Below the pieces are notes generated by a model. It made no database searches, had not been told where the DNA came from, and worked only from the letters and a program-made list of their open reading frames with translations. Of a stretch of DNA of 64,000 nt, positions 37,201 through 49,879 are shown piece by piece. This stretch comes from Selaginella moellendorffii (lineage: Eukaryota; Plantae; Lycopodiophyta): NCBI RefSeq assembly GCF_000143415.4, contig NW_003314265.1:3406443-3470442 (forward strand). The letters are read 5' to 3'. Both the position numbers and the translations under genes were made by a program. Numbering within the stretch: position 1 is the first letter of the stretch; every line of letters starts with the position of its first letter.

Positions 37201-38531
37201 GTAAACACGTTCTTAAACAATGAAGGAGATCCAAGAGCTTTGCTGTGCTGATGAAGTAAGCGTTGTAGCGATAAAGACTATGTCCTTGTCATTATTGAGG
37301 AAAACAGCATGAACCCTAGAGCCTGGTGGAACCTTGGGCTCAGGGGACTCATCTATCTTAAACTCCTCCTTAACCTTGGAAATCAAAAACTTGGGAACAT
37401 TGTTTGCATCTTACATCGTGGTGATTGCTTGATGTGATAATCTATCTACCCAAAAATTTTCTTTACGAAGGACACTTCAAAAAGTCACATGAGAGAACTC
37501 ATCCTTCAAGTTGACCATACGCTGCTATAGCTCTATCAGATTCTCTTTGCAAACTTAGTATTCTCCAGTTAGTTAGTGTATGATGAGTTGTGCATCTCCA
37601 ATGAAAGTGGCTCACCTAAACTTGAGATCTACTGCCAACTTCATGGTGCTAATAGCTTCCAAGTACTCTACTTCATTAGCTGATGTTGCTAGCAAAATGA
37701 TAGAGAGGTCGGCTACTTTGTTCTTAGTAGAATTAATCATCCAAACTCCAATGCCAACAGTTTTTGGGGCAGAAAGCACTATCAAAATAAGTTGTAATTA
37801 TAAAAGTGTTCTCACCCTTAAATAAAGATGTTGGGGACACCACATCTGACAAGCTCATCTTTGGCAAGTCAAGCAAAAATGCTACTATTAATTTTGGGGC
37901 CTTTGTTCCTTGCTCTCTTTGCTTCTAATGCTTTAAGTGTGTAATCTCCAATGCAAGGACAGAAGCCAAGTATTCTACCAGTGAAGGAAAATCCTCCACT
38001 GAAGTCAATTCCAAGTCTAGGGCTGTATCTTCAATGCAATACACTTGGATTTGTATCGGGGGCTCCACAATAGAAAACTCTAAATTCAAATATCTATAAC
38101 TTGCATGTAGCATGTCTGATTAGCTTGATTATTTCTACTAGCTCTTTTTCTGGATGTTACCCTTCTTTTCCAAAAACCAGCGTGACAAAATACACCTAGA
38201 GTCATCAGCTAAAACAATTTTGTGGGAAGATGCTGACTATGTGACACCTCAGATAGTTGCTAAAGAGAACTAAATTCAAGTGCATCCTATGAAAGATAAA
38301 CCTAGTCTTGAGTGACTTTATCATCAAACTCCATGAGAGAGAGTTAGTCCCAAAAAAGAAACAAATAAAGAAAACCATCCTCAATTGAGAAACACTCCAA
38401 AAACCTGGATGTGGGAGCCAACACCATATAAGCCCCACAATCAAATAAAGAGGGTGTGGCTAGAGGCTTGGCCTTACTCTCAAATAAAGAGAGTGAGGCT
38501 AAGAGATGCCCAAAGCTATGTAACTCACCTT
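34300..38531 (-). pseudogene. Highly decayed Ty3/Gypsy pol (RT, RNase H, IN remnants) of another lineage, interrupted at 35607-36714 and by the MULE
   Basis: VHLCIDF, YSFMDGFSRYNQI, VYMDD (about 35556-35570), KCKFGVPKGLLLG, GFCLLDGHLYRR. Boundaries approximate. Confidence 0.7.
35607..36714 (-). mobile_element. 1.1-kb chimeric LTR insertion with two different LTRs and a GGCAT TSD
   Basis: LTR 35607-35840 matches the 54624 family. It is followed by a PPT, the integrase C-terminus (-), an inverted RNase H piece (+, about 36375-36595), a PBS (tctgatacca), and an otherwise unrelated 104-bp LTR at 36611-36714. GGCAT lies at 35602-35606 and 36715-36719. Confidence 0.85.
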
Positions 38532-39153
38532 CAATAATGTGGGCGCGGACCATACTTGAGCTCACGAGTTGAAGAGTTGAGCTCACGAGTTGAGCTCAAT
38601 TTTCAATTGTAATTTAGTACAAACATTATAAATTTTAAAATTTTAAGGTTATGGCAAACCTAATAATTTAATAACTCTCTATATATTATATAGATAAAAA
38701 TGTTCTAAAGAACACATTTTGTTCTAATAATTTAAATATTTACTACATGCAATGATAGGGACATTTGTTAGAACATAAAATAAAATGTTTGAAAAAAGAG
38801 TATTCTTGTCACTTCTTTAAATTTGTACTCTATGCTTTTTGGCTAGTAAATGTTAGGTTTGTCAGAATTAAAAAATTATTAAATTTGAAATAAGATTCTA
38901 TGTGAAGCCATATAACCGTTTGAAAGGAAAAAAAATAACCGTTGATGTAAGCTTATTGCATATAAAAGAAAGACTTGGTTCTTTGTAGAATACATTCTTG
39001 AGGGGTTTGTCGTAGCATACTGTCTAGAATTTATAGATCTTCATTCACACTCTCATTTGAAAAAAGGGAAATACACCCACAAATGTCTATGGGTTCTAGT
39101 GTTGGTAATTTTAACTCTCACAATCTTTCTTCCCAGGGCTCAAGGGCTAGGAG

Positions 39154-39534
39154 ATGCAATAACTATCCCATTGCACAGCATAACCAAATCACACAAGAAA
39201 ATGAAAGAGAGGATAGTGAGATAGTGATCATGAGTTGGAGATAAATGCAATGACAGAGGGTGCAACAAATTGGGTGAAAAAGAATGCCCTCTTACTTGTT
39301 TTAGAAAAGTGCAGTTCTGCCACTTTCAAGAAGTGCCCCATATGTTTTCTAGCGTCTGGTGGAAACAATGGCAATGATCAGTATGATGGTATATATGCTC
39401 TTGCGACACACTGCAACATCACGCACCCGAAAGACTACCATGAAATCTTTTTTGAGATGGTAAAGACAGAAATGGAGACACACGAGTACTATGGGCAGTA
39501 TTGCGAGAAGAACACTCGGAAGCATATAAAATGA
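39154..39534 (+). pseudogene. Small CPIC...HC...H Zn-finger protein (zf-XS-like); 5' part carries stops
   Basis: KKCPICF...YDGIYALATHC...YHEIFFEMVKTEMETHEYY. The in-frame ATG at 39154 is followed by TAA/TGA/TAG codons. Homolog at 4471-4875, paralog at 48390-48935. Confidence 0.6.
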
Positions 39535-39625
39535 AAAGTGAAATGAAAAAGCACATTTGTATTAATTATATAAAGTATAATAAGTTTTATTGATAGAGAA
39601 TAAACATCGATAGTGTTGGAGAAAT

Positions 39626-42600
39626 TTAATTAGCTCCAAAAGTTTTTTGCAACTCAGCAATAGTAAGGCTTGCTTGGTGTATATGAATATCCACTTTAGG
39701 ATCCTGGTGCAAGATGTTGATGAAGATGTAGTACATATGCTTGCAAGGAGCATATGCCTTCCCATATTCCTCGCGCTTCATAAAGTCTGGACATGTGCAA
39801 GAAGGAAAGTCGTGAATGGCAATTGTGTACTCTCCACCTTCTGTTTTGACTATGTACTCCTTTGCAAGCGCAGTGATGTACTTCGTGGAGAGAATCTCAC
39901 ACTCAAGTGTTTGAGCCAAGTTTATTTTACCTTGCTTCTGCTTGGAGACGGTACCAATAAATTTAACTGCTTTACCTTTTTGTGCTGGCCTCCTGTGCAT
40001 CTCTGTAGGAATAGTCCTGCTCCTGTCACTCATGTCTCCAACTCTCCTCTCAAGATTAAAACCAGATTTCTCAAGGTTTTCAATCTCATCCGAGGTGAGC
40101 GCGACCCCATTAGCAACCGGCCATTCTTTAGGTACTGCATCAGGTTTAGTCATTATAGTGTCTTCAAGCCGCTTCGTATGGTTGGCGTCGGTGTTGCAAC
40201 AATATAGCCAGCACCATCTTGAAAATCCTGCTTGCTTTCGTTCCCCATAGAAACATGGGGCTGGAACAGAAGCAGATTTTTCACCACGAATCCAGGCCCA
40301 ACACTTGCCCCTCGGAAGCATCCCCACACACCTTACATTTGATTTTGCTGGCACACGTCGGATTGCCCATTGCTTCGGCTCCACACTACGGTAAGCAATT
40401 TCAACCTGTTGCGATGCACTCTCTTCATCAGCCACTTGAGGTGGCTCAGTCCGAGAGCGGTGTCTTGGAGCAGAATGGTACTCGACATCAGGCCTGTGGG
40501 AGCTTTTTGCTCCAAGGTCCGTACCAACATCTTCCCCAGCAAAGGAAAAACGACGCTTTGAGCGGACAGTCTTCATATCACCAATAGAAGCTCGGGGAGT
40601 GTACTCCATAGATGTGCCACGGACCACTTCCTCAACTGCAGTTGCCACTGTTCGGGCGGGTGGAGTTAATTTTCTCTTCATCCTATCATGTAACATCTCA
40701 ACAGAAGGCCCTGTTCCCATGTATCTTCCTTCCTTGAATGCCAGTGCTTTTGAAGATTGCTCTATAGCACGTATCAAATCTGATAGACAGGCTTCGTATA
40801 GACTCATCTTCCCTTTCCCTGCCTCAGAGGAACGCCAACTCCAATGCTTACTTTCGGAGAGATTCACAGTTGGGGTGTATGCGAGGTCCTCAAGTGGTTG
40901 ATCCTAATGGAAAAGGCAATATTAAAAGGTAATAAAAGGAGAAGAAAAAATATAAACCAACCTGAAAAGAGTGATGTCCCCATTGGAACATCCTAACTTC
41001 CCACCATCCTAACCATGACTCAAGTTGTGGTAGGCAACTTACGTCTGTATGGCCATCTTCACGCCACCACATTCGGATCTCATTTGCTTTTGCCTCATGC
41101 TCTTCTTCAGAAGGTGCAACCTGCCATTGTTTGCACAACTCCTTAAATATTGATTGAAACTTTGGCTTGATAAGGTGGCAGTGCTGGTTTAGGCTTTGAG
41201 CCCAATGGAACTCACAAGTCCTCTCACGACCTTCCAATGGTTGACCATTCCCAAAAACTGCTCGGATACCATTCCAATTTGCACCAGCCCCATCTGCCAT
41301 GAAACCACGAAAGTTTGCAGGCTTACCAGTCCGCTTTAGGACAATATCAGAGAGGGACTTCCAAAATATTTCCTGTGCTGTCTGGTCTTGTACTTTAAAC
41401 TCTGCTGTCGCAATTGTTAAATTACAACGTAGCCTATAAAAACATAAATATTATAACAATTTCAATATAATGAGAATAAAAATTACCTTGGATCATATAC
41501 ATGAGCTCCCATGGTTGTCCAACCGGATACATGCTCCATATGGTCAAAATGTACCCATGCATTTGCAAGGTCACTGGACCCAAACATGTCCATTCGGGAG
41601 ACAAGATCTACGCCAGAGGCAGGGCCCATGGTAGACATTTTGAAGACGAAGGGGCGCTCTTGCTCATTCACAACTTGGTCTGGAAACAAACTTCCGTGGA
41701 TGAACTCGTATGGACAAGTCCGTTTCAATTCAAGGATAGAGTCAATTTTTGATTGCAACTTCCCCTCTCGAGATTCACACATCCAAGATTTTATCCTAAA
41801 CAATATAATGTAAGAAAAAATTATTATTATAACGTATGAAAAATAATGGATGTACCTCCTTAGGCTAGTAGCAAGTTGTACTCCTCGTAGTAAGTCCCAC
41901 AAGCTAGCCTCGTTTAGTTGAGTCTTTTGGCAACCTGGATTGAGTAAGGTATTTGTGATAAAATCCTTGAGGACGGTCTTCTGAACATGCTTCGGAGTTG
42001 CAGATGAATTTCTCATAGTCTCTTCCTGTACAGCATCTTTGAAACGGTTGAGAGAACTCCTTTGTATCCCTTCCTGCATTGGATGCATATGTGTGCCAAC
42101 ATGCACTGCAGCTCTTCCAGCCACTCCATCCCGTGGAAGAAAGTAGTACATCTTGGCATCGCAGATAGCACGACATAGAGGAGCATTTTTGCAGAATCGA
42201 CATTTGAATCCAACAGCAATGGTGTCACATGCTGGAGGATTGACTGCAGACCCTTCGAAAAATATAGAGTTTCTAGAGCGGTCTCGATTGCATGCTTCAT
42301 CCACACAATCTAAATGCCCGCCACAATGAACTATAGACACTGTGCCTTCAAAATGTTGGAAGTGTGTGGTCTTGATCTTGCACCAATTGTGGACATCCTA
42401 CTTGGTTTCCATCCCCTTCTGTTTGGAACCTATGCTGCTGACAAGAGGTGGTAGCTCGAAGAAAATGTTGCCGTTGTAGGAGGATGGAAGCTCACTCACA
42501 AGCCTATACAAAAACAAGTGCACGTCGATTGAGAGGCGTGAAAATTGGAAAGCATTGCTAACGGCTTTGAATATTGCTGAAGTTGGAGCTGGAGCTGGTG

Positions 42601-42964
42601 AATTTGGCACCGACACTAGCATGACATCTTCACTTGAACTAGAAGAGGACGAGAGGATAACGACTGACTCTTGCTTCACATTCACTTTCGCTGGAGCGCA
42701 TTTTGGCATTTTGACTGGAGATCCAAACACTCGAATCTCCTTCGACTTGGAATTTTGTAAATCCCATTGTTGTCCACCCTCGCCCACACCAGAAAGAAGA
42801 AACTCCGAGTATGCAACTATACCGGTGTCGTTGCGGATCACAGCCTCTAAAGAAATAGAGCCAAGACGAAGATCAAAACGCCGACATAAAAAACTTTCAG
42901 AAACAATACTCTGAGAGAATGAAAGAGGTGGGTGATCTCGAAAATGAAGAAGAAACCTCTCCAT
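39626..42964 (-). pseudogene. MULE transposase: GCM-like Zn domain, DDE core, C-terminal SWIM finger; multi-exon, one in-frame TAG at 42398-42400
   Basis: CGGHLDCVDEAC...CRFC...C...GTHMHP; VHFDH; FMADGAGANWNGIRAVFG; RTCEFHWAQ; TVNLSESKH; CTCPDF...CKH. Short GT-AG introns. Start codon uncertain (42964 or 42709). Confidence 0.85.
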
Positions 42965-43774
42965 CCTTCTCAATAGGTTTTGGAGTTCTCTCTCTTTATG
43001 CTACTTGTAAAAATCTATAGTGAAACATAATTGAAATTTAAATAGAGTAATAAGAAGACAACGTACAAAATGAATTTAAATTCTATAGCAAATTTAACAT
43101 GTGTAAGTGTGACAGTATTAATATTACTGTCATCTATTATGATGTCTGATGCATGTATACACATAGATCCAAGGAAAGATTTTCAGCACGTGAAGTTTGA
43201 TAGTTAATAATGATACCAGTAATGACATTCAGCTATAACATGTCAAACCAAGAGATCCAATCTAACTATCAGCACGTGTGATATGTCAAGTTGTCAAATT
43301 TTGAGTGGTAGATGATAATAAATCTTGTCAAATCTTATTCTTCAATAACAGATTTGATTCGTAGTACAACTCAAGTTTTATCCATAATTGTGAACACTGC
43401 TCAATGACATTTAAAGCACGTGCCTATTGTCTAGGATCTAATACAGTACAAAATAAATTTTTGGATGAGGATTCATCCATTCATAGATGGATATAGTACA
43501 ACATATTTTAACGTGCCTTATTTATACTCTTTGAAGTTCTTGTAACGATTCCAAAATATGTACAAAATAGTGATGAGAATGCATCCTTTCTAGATAATTT
43601 GTAAAATATAATATCATATCTCTAATAACAGAAATGTTGATAGGTGCTAGTTATACCATCATTAAAATATACAAAATAAAGAAGCATAATTTACATATAA
43701 TAATAATGATAAGATAAAATAAGATCAAAGATATTGTGATGGTTGAGATTTAGGTTATTCGGAATGAACGGCCA

Positions 43775-44102
43775 GGATTAGAGATTGGTTAGGGTTAGGG
43801 CAGCCGTCAGGATTAGGGTTAGGGTAGCCGCCAAGATTAGGTTACTGTTTGCATCGTGAGTGGAGCGCGTGAGAGATCGAGAGATTGAGCGCGAAGGAGA
43901 TTGAGGGATTGAGCGCGAAGGAGATCGAGCGATTGAGCGCGAAGGAGATCGAGCGATTGAGCGTGAAGGAGATCAAGAGATTGAGCGTGCAAGAGATCGA
44001 GAGATTGAGCGCGCGAGCGGGAGAGATTGAGCGCGCGAGCAGGAGAGATTGAGCGCGTGAGTGGGAGAGATTGAGTGCGCGAGCAGGAGAGATTGAGCGC
44101 AC
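43775..44102 (+). repeat. TTAGGG-like repeats followed by a purine-rich GAGATTGAGCGCG array, directly upstream of the cargo-gene ATG
   Basis: Directly visible; probably promoter or 5' UTR sequence. Confidence 0.75.
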
Positions 44103-44140
44103 AAGAAATCTAGCACGATCAAGAAATCGAGGGAGGAAAG

Positions 44141-47100
44141 ATGCCGCCAAGGGTGAGTTTCGATTTGATTGCTTCCACTTCCATTTTTTGAGTCCATTGC
44201 TTCCATTCCATTTCTTCCCTTTTTTTTTTCTTGATTGCTTCTTTGCTGGCCGAGGTCGAGCTCGGGCGGGCCATCTCGGGCAGTTTTGCTTGCCGAGGGG
44301 CCGAGGTTATTCAAATAACCTCGGCCCCCTGGGCAACCAAAGTGCCCGAGGTGGAGTCTAGGCCCACTTGATTTTTTTTTTCTCTTTGACTGTTTGAATT
44401 TCTCATTATCTTTATTTAGGTTGACTAACAAAACTTTTTCTCTTGCAGAAAAGGAAAATTGTAACACAGAAAAAGGTTGTTGGAGCCAAGAAGACACGAG
44501 AAGTTCAATTTGGTACTGACGACGACATCACAATCGACATGTCCATTGGCACAACAGAGACACATTTAGATAGAGATTCACCACCTCCACCACCATCACC
44601 TCCACCATCACCACCTCCACCACCGCCATCGCCACCTCCACCATCACCACCTCCACCACCACCATCGCCACCTCCACCACCTCCATCGCCACCGCCACCA
44701 CCACTACCACTATTGCCTCTGCCCCCGCCGCCACCGCCACCACCACCATTGCCACCACCACTGCCACTATTGCCTTTGCCCCCGCCACCACCGCCACCAC
44801 CACCAACGCAAATCCCTGAAGTTGGGCAATCTAGTGGTGTTCACGATAGGGAACCTGAGGAACAACCTAGAGCTGAAAGAGTTGCAGACCTTCCTGACAA
44901 CGTGGTGGACAAGCGCTTCCAAGAGACTGTTATGCGGACAAGGGAAAAAGCAGTTCACCAAACACTTGAGGCGCTCAAGTGGCCAGGCCCTTGTGACTTG
45001 ATCAGAGAAATCCCCCTTTGCCGTTTGCAGCAGACGAACCTTGTCCGCACAGCATCCAAGTATGTCAACCCGGATATATACAGCTTGTTCAAATAGAATG
45101 GCCTTGCAACAAATATCGGTATGTTTCTAGTCTCTTTTTGCAAGCCAGGAACAACGGAGATCATTACTGTCACACCCGAGATTGTGAATAGCTGGGATCC
45201 TATTTGGAGGAGGAAGTCCCTAGAATTTGATGACATGCTTATCAGACATCCTAAGACTCGACAGCTTGCGGGGACAATGTTCCAAATTATTGACGGTAAC
45301 CACCGATATGGAGCTTGGATGAAGTGTATCGACGATCATTTTCGCGATGATCCTGTCTACCATATCAACGTTCCAGTCGGCCATGTCTACGCGAGGGGAC
45401 CTTTGGATGTCAACAGACTTATCTTGGCCTGCCAAAAGATCAATGCGTAAGTTTTATAATTTTACCTCTAACTCCACTTTAACTTGTTTTGTTGTGTTTA
45501 AATGTAGGCTTGGGCAGTTCGCTGTTCAAAAACAAAATCTTGTCCATGACATCGAGCAACTTCGATTTTTGGCAGACTTGAGTGAGGATGACATCCGCCA
45601 ACATTATGGTGATGATCTCGCAACACTTGTTCGGCACTCACGCACTCGAAATGACGGTACAACTTGGTTCAACAACCCAATCAGTTTTATGCTCGCTGTG
45701 TGGTGTAAGGTATGTCTTTCCCTTTTATTTTATAAAAGCCTCTTTTAATTGTTTTGGTTTTTAGCCTTTGGTGAAGGTCAAGCAGGATGCTTACGAACTT
45801 GCATATCCGGAGAAGAGTCGGGAAGAGCTCTCAGCTGAGTTTGTACAAATTGAGCACAAAATTCAGCATGCAAAGTCCTCAAAGTTGAAGAAACTAGTAT
45901 GCATTGCAGACAATCGCAGGCCGAAGGAGTGGCTAGAGACTATAGCCGAAATTTCTTCTCATGAATGTAAGTTTTTTATCACACTTCATTTTTTTTAATT
46001 ATACATATGTTACTTTTGCAGTGAACAAAACTCCAGATGACATGATTTACAATATCGCAAAATCGAAGCTTCCATATAAGCAACAGATAGAGACTCTGGA
46101 GTTCCTCAATGTCTGCTTGATGAACAGAGAGAAAGGACTGCCAGAACTATTTGAGAACATGATGAGAAGGGCTGTCTACATCACGCAAACTATAAGTGAA
46201 GGTGAGAAGTTCTTGGCACCACACATTGGTGACGATCCAGATGGCACATTTATGTCTTTCAACACCTACATCAACACGTCATTGGAAGGGATCGAAGAGG
46301 GGTGGCTGCCAGAGAAGTCTACAAGCACAACAACTTATGATTGCCAACATGGTCAACCTTATTTCATGCGACGTGCAGCTTATAGGTATAATATGATTTC
46401 TAAGACTGTTTTTTTAAATATATTGTTTACAGGTATCTTCGATATAGAGGCATGCCATTTGAGGCACCAGTTTGCACTCGACTTGTTGCAAAGGGTGTAA
46501 GAGATGGAGGAATGTATCCAACAATGTTTGCGAGAGTTCCGAAGGCACGGAAGATAGAATGCCCTTGGGAGTTGGAACTCCTAGGGAAGGAGACCTCTAC
46601 ACTAGATCGCGAGGAAATTATCAATGCTAGCAACGATGGCAATGCAAGTGACGATGGAGACGAGGATGAGGAAGCTCCAGATCAAGTTCATGTTCCACCA
46701 CCAGACAGTCAGGAACAGGCTCCAATTCAACCATCAAACAACCAAGATCCGGATCAGGTTTTACCAGTAAATAACGATGATCAAGTGGTTCACCGAATAT
46801 CACGTCGACCTCGAGGTAAGCAAAAGTGAATTTTACAAACTAAAGGTGGTAATACATGTTTTTTGCAGCAATGACTGTTGGTAGTAATTTCATTCCAGCT
46901 CGACGAGATGCTCGTGAAGAGGAGTTGGAGGAACTCTCATCGACAACACGCCATATGACGGTATCATACTATTTATTACTTTTTTCATTCACTTAGCTCT
47001 TTTATAGGTCCGTCCTGTGTCCCCAATAACACAACGAGGCATTGTGGGTATCTTCATTGGCTCTTACAGTAGATTATTGACATCTTTCACGGAAGACGAC

Positions 47101-48080
47101 ATCAATATGGATATACGCCGCCAGTTCAACCGTTGGTGCCGAAAGATACAAAGGCCCATGCTCCCAGTTGCGGACTTCATTCTCTTCGACTTTCCAGATG
47201 GTCTTTCAGATATCGATGGGAAAGTTGAGGATTGGAACTTTCTCACACCTGACCACTTGCGCGATGCATTCCTATTGTCCGAAGCACTTATGCTCGAAGC
47301 TGGCCATGTCGTCTTCATCCTACCGAACGACCCCAACTGGATGTATGAGCTTATGACGTGTGTAGCAGAAGTTCATTTCAAGTCATTCTCTTCCGGGTGC
47401 ATTATGGATCCTATTGGCGTTGATACGAGGGGCGTCCAAGGGAAGCCTGAAAAGGTAAGTATGTATTTTATATTTTTATCTAATTTCTAAACATTTTTAT
47501 TTTCCAGGTTATGATGTGGACCTATCATGCCTTCTGCAGAAACACACATGATGGGTTTCGTGATAGTGAACGTGCAGCACGTGTTTTGCCTGGGTACGAC
47601 AGTTCCACTAACATCATACCCAACCTTGTGGATGAGCAGATCCGCAACACGTTTCCAGGGTACCGATTCCGAACTCCATCAGCAATGCAAGTCTTGCTTG
47701 AGCTCTATTGCCCACCAGATGGTATTGTGATTGATTGCACAGCAGGTAGTGGTTCTATGGTGGAGGCAGCACGTGACTCTGGTAGGTCGGTGTTTGCTAT
47801 TGAAGAACATCATTTCTTCAAACGCCGGCTCAGAGGATTTCGTGAGTTGCCTTCAACCTCAAGGAGGTAAATTATGTTTTATTAAAATTTCAATATATAT
47901 TTCATTCTATTTTATAGATCACAGTCACCTGGAGTTTCTAGAATTGGAGGCTTTCAAAGTCTCCCTGACTATGCAGAAGCCATGGCTCAACATATGCAAG
48001 GTGAATCTTCCCCACAATACCACTATAGGAGGAAGTATAAAAGAAATCATTATGTTGATGATGAGGCAGAAGAAAGTTAA
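44141..48080 (+). pseudogene. 10-exon, about 1060-codon gene: poly-Pro, ParB/Srx-like domain, and beta-class N6A/N4C DNA methyltransferase-like domain; single in-frame TAG at 45094-45096
   Basis: Exons 44141-44152, 44449-45446, 45508-45709, 45765-45966, 46022-46385, 46433-46815, 46899-46960, 47008-47454, 47508-47866 and 47918-48080 splice in frame through GT-AG sites (3192 nt). Motifs: FQIIDGNHRYGAW, ADFILFDFPDG, PSAMQVLLELYCPPDGIVIDCTAGSGSMVEAARDSGRSVFAIE. Confidence 0.85.
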
Positions 48081-48389
48081 TTGCATCCTTACATAAAATG
48101 GAAAGCTTGTTATATGTTAGATGTCAGTGAAAGTGTCAGATGTCAGTAAAATTGTCAGATGTCAGTGTCAGTGTCAGATACCATAATTATAGATTATCAT
48201 TCTCACCTGTCACCATCACTTTGTAGCGTTTGTGTGTTGCCATCTCCTCCTTCAACATTTTGTAAACAATTGTATGTGATATGATAGCACCTTCTAGAAC
48301 AAGGTATGTTACCTACAACTAATATCATTTTATTATATTTTTTCTTTTAATAGTGACAATACTATAGTATAGTAAAGTAATTCTAGATC

Positions 48390-48935
48390 TTACATTCCAC
48401 TATAGGGTGGCCTAAAAACCCCATATTTTGCACTAGCCAATGCAGTGTTTCCCAAGGGGATGTTGTTCCTCACCATGAAGCGATAGTGGGTATGTGTCTG
48501 TAACTCATTCTTGAATCTATTGTACATCCACATGTGCACATTTTCCAGACCTGCCGTTGGGCAATTCTTACAGTGCTCAAGAAAAGTTTGTAAACCCATA
48601 GAGCCATTTGTCTTGTCCAAGAAAAAGTAGCATATTGGACACCGAATGTAATAGCGTTCTGTGCTTTCAAGTAGTCCTGCCATGTCAGGAGCAAGATCTT
48701 GCAAAAACATGTGGCATTGCTCTTGAAGCGCTAAAGGCAATCCCTCTCTAGTAGCAAGATCCGGAATTTCACATATAGGGAGCTCTAATTCAGCTTCACT
48801 AGAGCCCTCAGCAGAAAAAGGATTGTTATGTAGAGGTGAAGGTGGAATGTTGGTAGAACTTGGGGATGGAGGTGGAGATTGATATGAAATGCTAGGGGGC
48901 CAAGTACGATTAGCAATGGGTCTCCTTTGAGCCAT
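48390..48935 (-). CDS. Intact 181-aa protein: Pro/Ser-rich N-terminus plus CPIC...HC...H Zn-finger (zf-XS-like)
   Basis: Uninterrupted ORF from ATG 48935; IRCPICY...MGLQTFLEHC...VHMWMYNRFKNELQTHTHY. Confidence 0.65.
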   Translation of the reverse strand: MAQRRPIANRTWPPSISYQSPPPSPSSTNIPPSPLHNNPFSAEGSSEAELELPICEIPDLATREGLPLALQEQCHMFLQDLAPDMAGLLESTERYYIRCPICYFFLDKTNGSMGLQTFLEHCKNCPTAGLENVHMWMYNRFKNELQTHTHYRFMVRNNIPLGNTALASAKYGVFRPPYSGM

Positions 48936-49024
48936 TTCAATATAAACTTCTAAGGAGCTCAAGGAGAACAAAAAACCTACAATGACTATAACTTTTCTAG
49001 ATAGTTTATATACTAAGTTTTAGT

Positions 49025-49164
49025 CTTGGGAATGCGGTTTATTTATTATGACACTGACAATACTCAGATTCTTGGGAACGAGGTTTATTTATTATGACAC
49101 TGACAATACTCAGATTCTTGGGAATGAGGTTTATTTATTATGACACTGACAATACTCAGATTCT
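49025..49164. repeat. About 3 x 46-bp tandem repeat immediately upstream of the 48935 gene
   Basis: TCTTGGGAATGAGGTTTATTTATTATGACACTGACAATACTCAGAT repeated three times with minor variation. Confidence 0.9.
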
Positions 49165-49630
49165 TTAAATGTCAGTCTTGGAAATGGGGCTTCATAATCA
49201 TAGCTTTCTTGTAAACATAAGAGCTTCTAGAATTTTAGATTATTGTGTATACACATGCTCTATCATTATGATGAATCCTACTTTGCTACACATATACACA
49301 TGCCAAATGTCTACGGAAATAAATTGCAAGGAAATATAGACCACATTATAGTGGTAGAGCACGTTGGCACGCTACCATTCTCTCATGTGAGATTGCCTTT
49401 TAGTCTTGGAAATGTAGATAAAGTTGATTCTTTGATGTCATATTACTTTTGAGTCTTTCGAAAGATTTTGATTTCTTTTATCATTATTTACAAACAATTC
49501 CCAAAAACTTTTAATGAGGATTCACTGCAAAATATACCTTGGTCTTATCATATGAGAGGATTGTGATATAGGCAAGCAATAGAGTTTTTAATATGAATTA
49601 ATATGTAAATTACAAATGTCATGGAAAGTT

Positions 49631-49879
49631 TTATGGAGTAGATTTCTTGGCGCTTTCCGCTGTGCTGTTCATTTCTTCATTTCTCTTGCTCTGGACTGTT
49701 GTTTCAGAAGTAACAGGAGCATTTTTATCAATCGTGATAGTGGTCTCCACATTCCCAGATGGGTAATAAGGACCAGGAGTGTAATATGGAGATTGTGGTA
49801 GTGAAATAAAATTAACATTCTCACATTCCTTTGCACTACAACTCTTACTCACAGATCTTGTATTTTCCTTGCTTCCCAT
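49631..49879 (-). CDS. Small (about 82 aa) unknown protein, SPYYTPG/NAPVTSETT family
   Basis: Open frame from ATG 49879; homolog of 14354-14611. Confidence 0.55.
   Translation of the reverse strand: MGSKENTRSVSKSCSAKECENVNFISLPQSPYYTPGPYYPSGNVETTITIDKNAPVTSETTVQSKRNEEMNSTAESAKKSTP

Noticed and set aside
44443-45096. Extensin/formin-like stand-alone proline-rich gene
   Set aside because: It is exon 2 of the larger ParB-MTase gene; the frame continues past the TAG.
45094-45096. Programmed stop-codon readthrough in TE genes
   Set aside because: The stops vary in type and context and fit methylation-driven C->T mutation.
49025-49164. Possible CRISPR-like array
   Set aside because: Head-to-tail repeats with no unique spacers; eukaryotic context; no cas genes.
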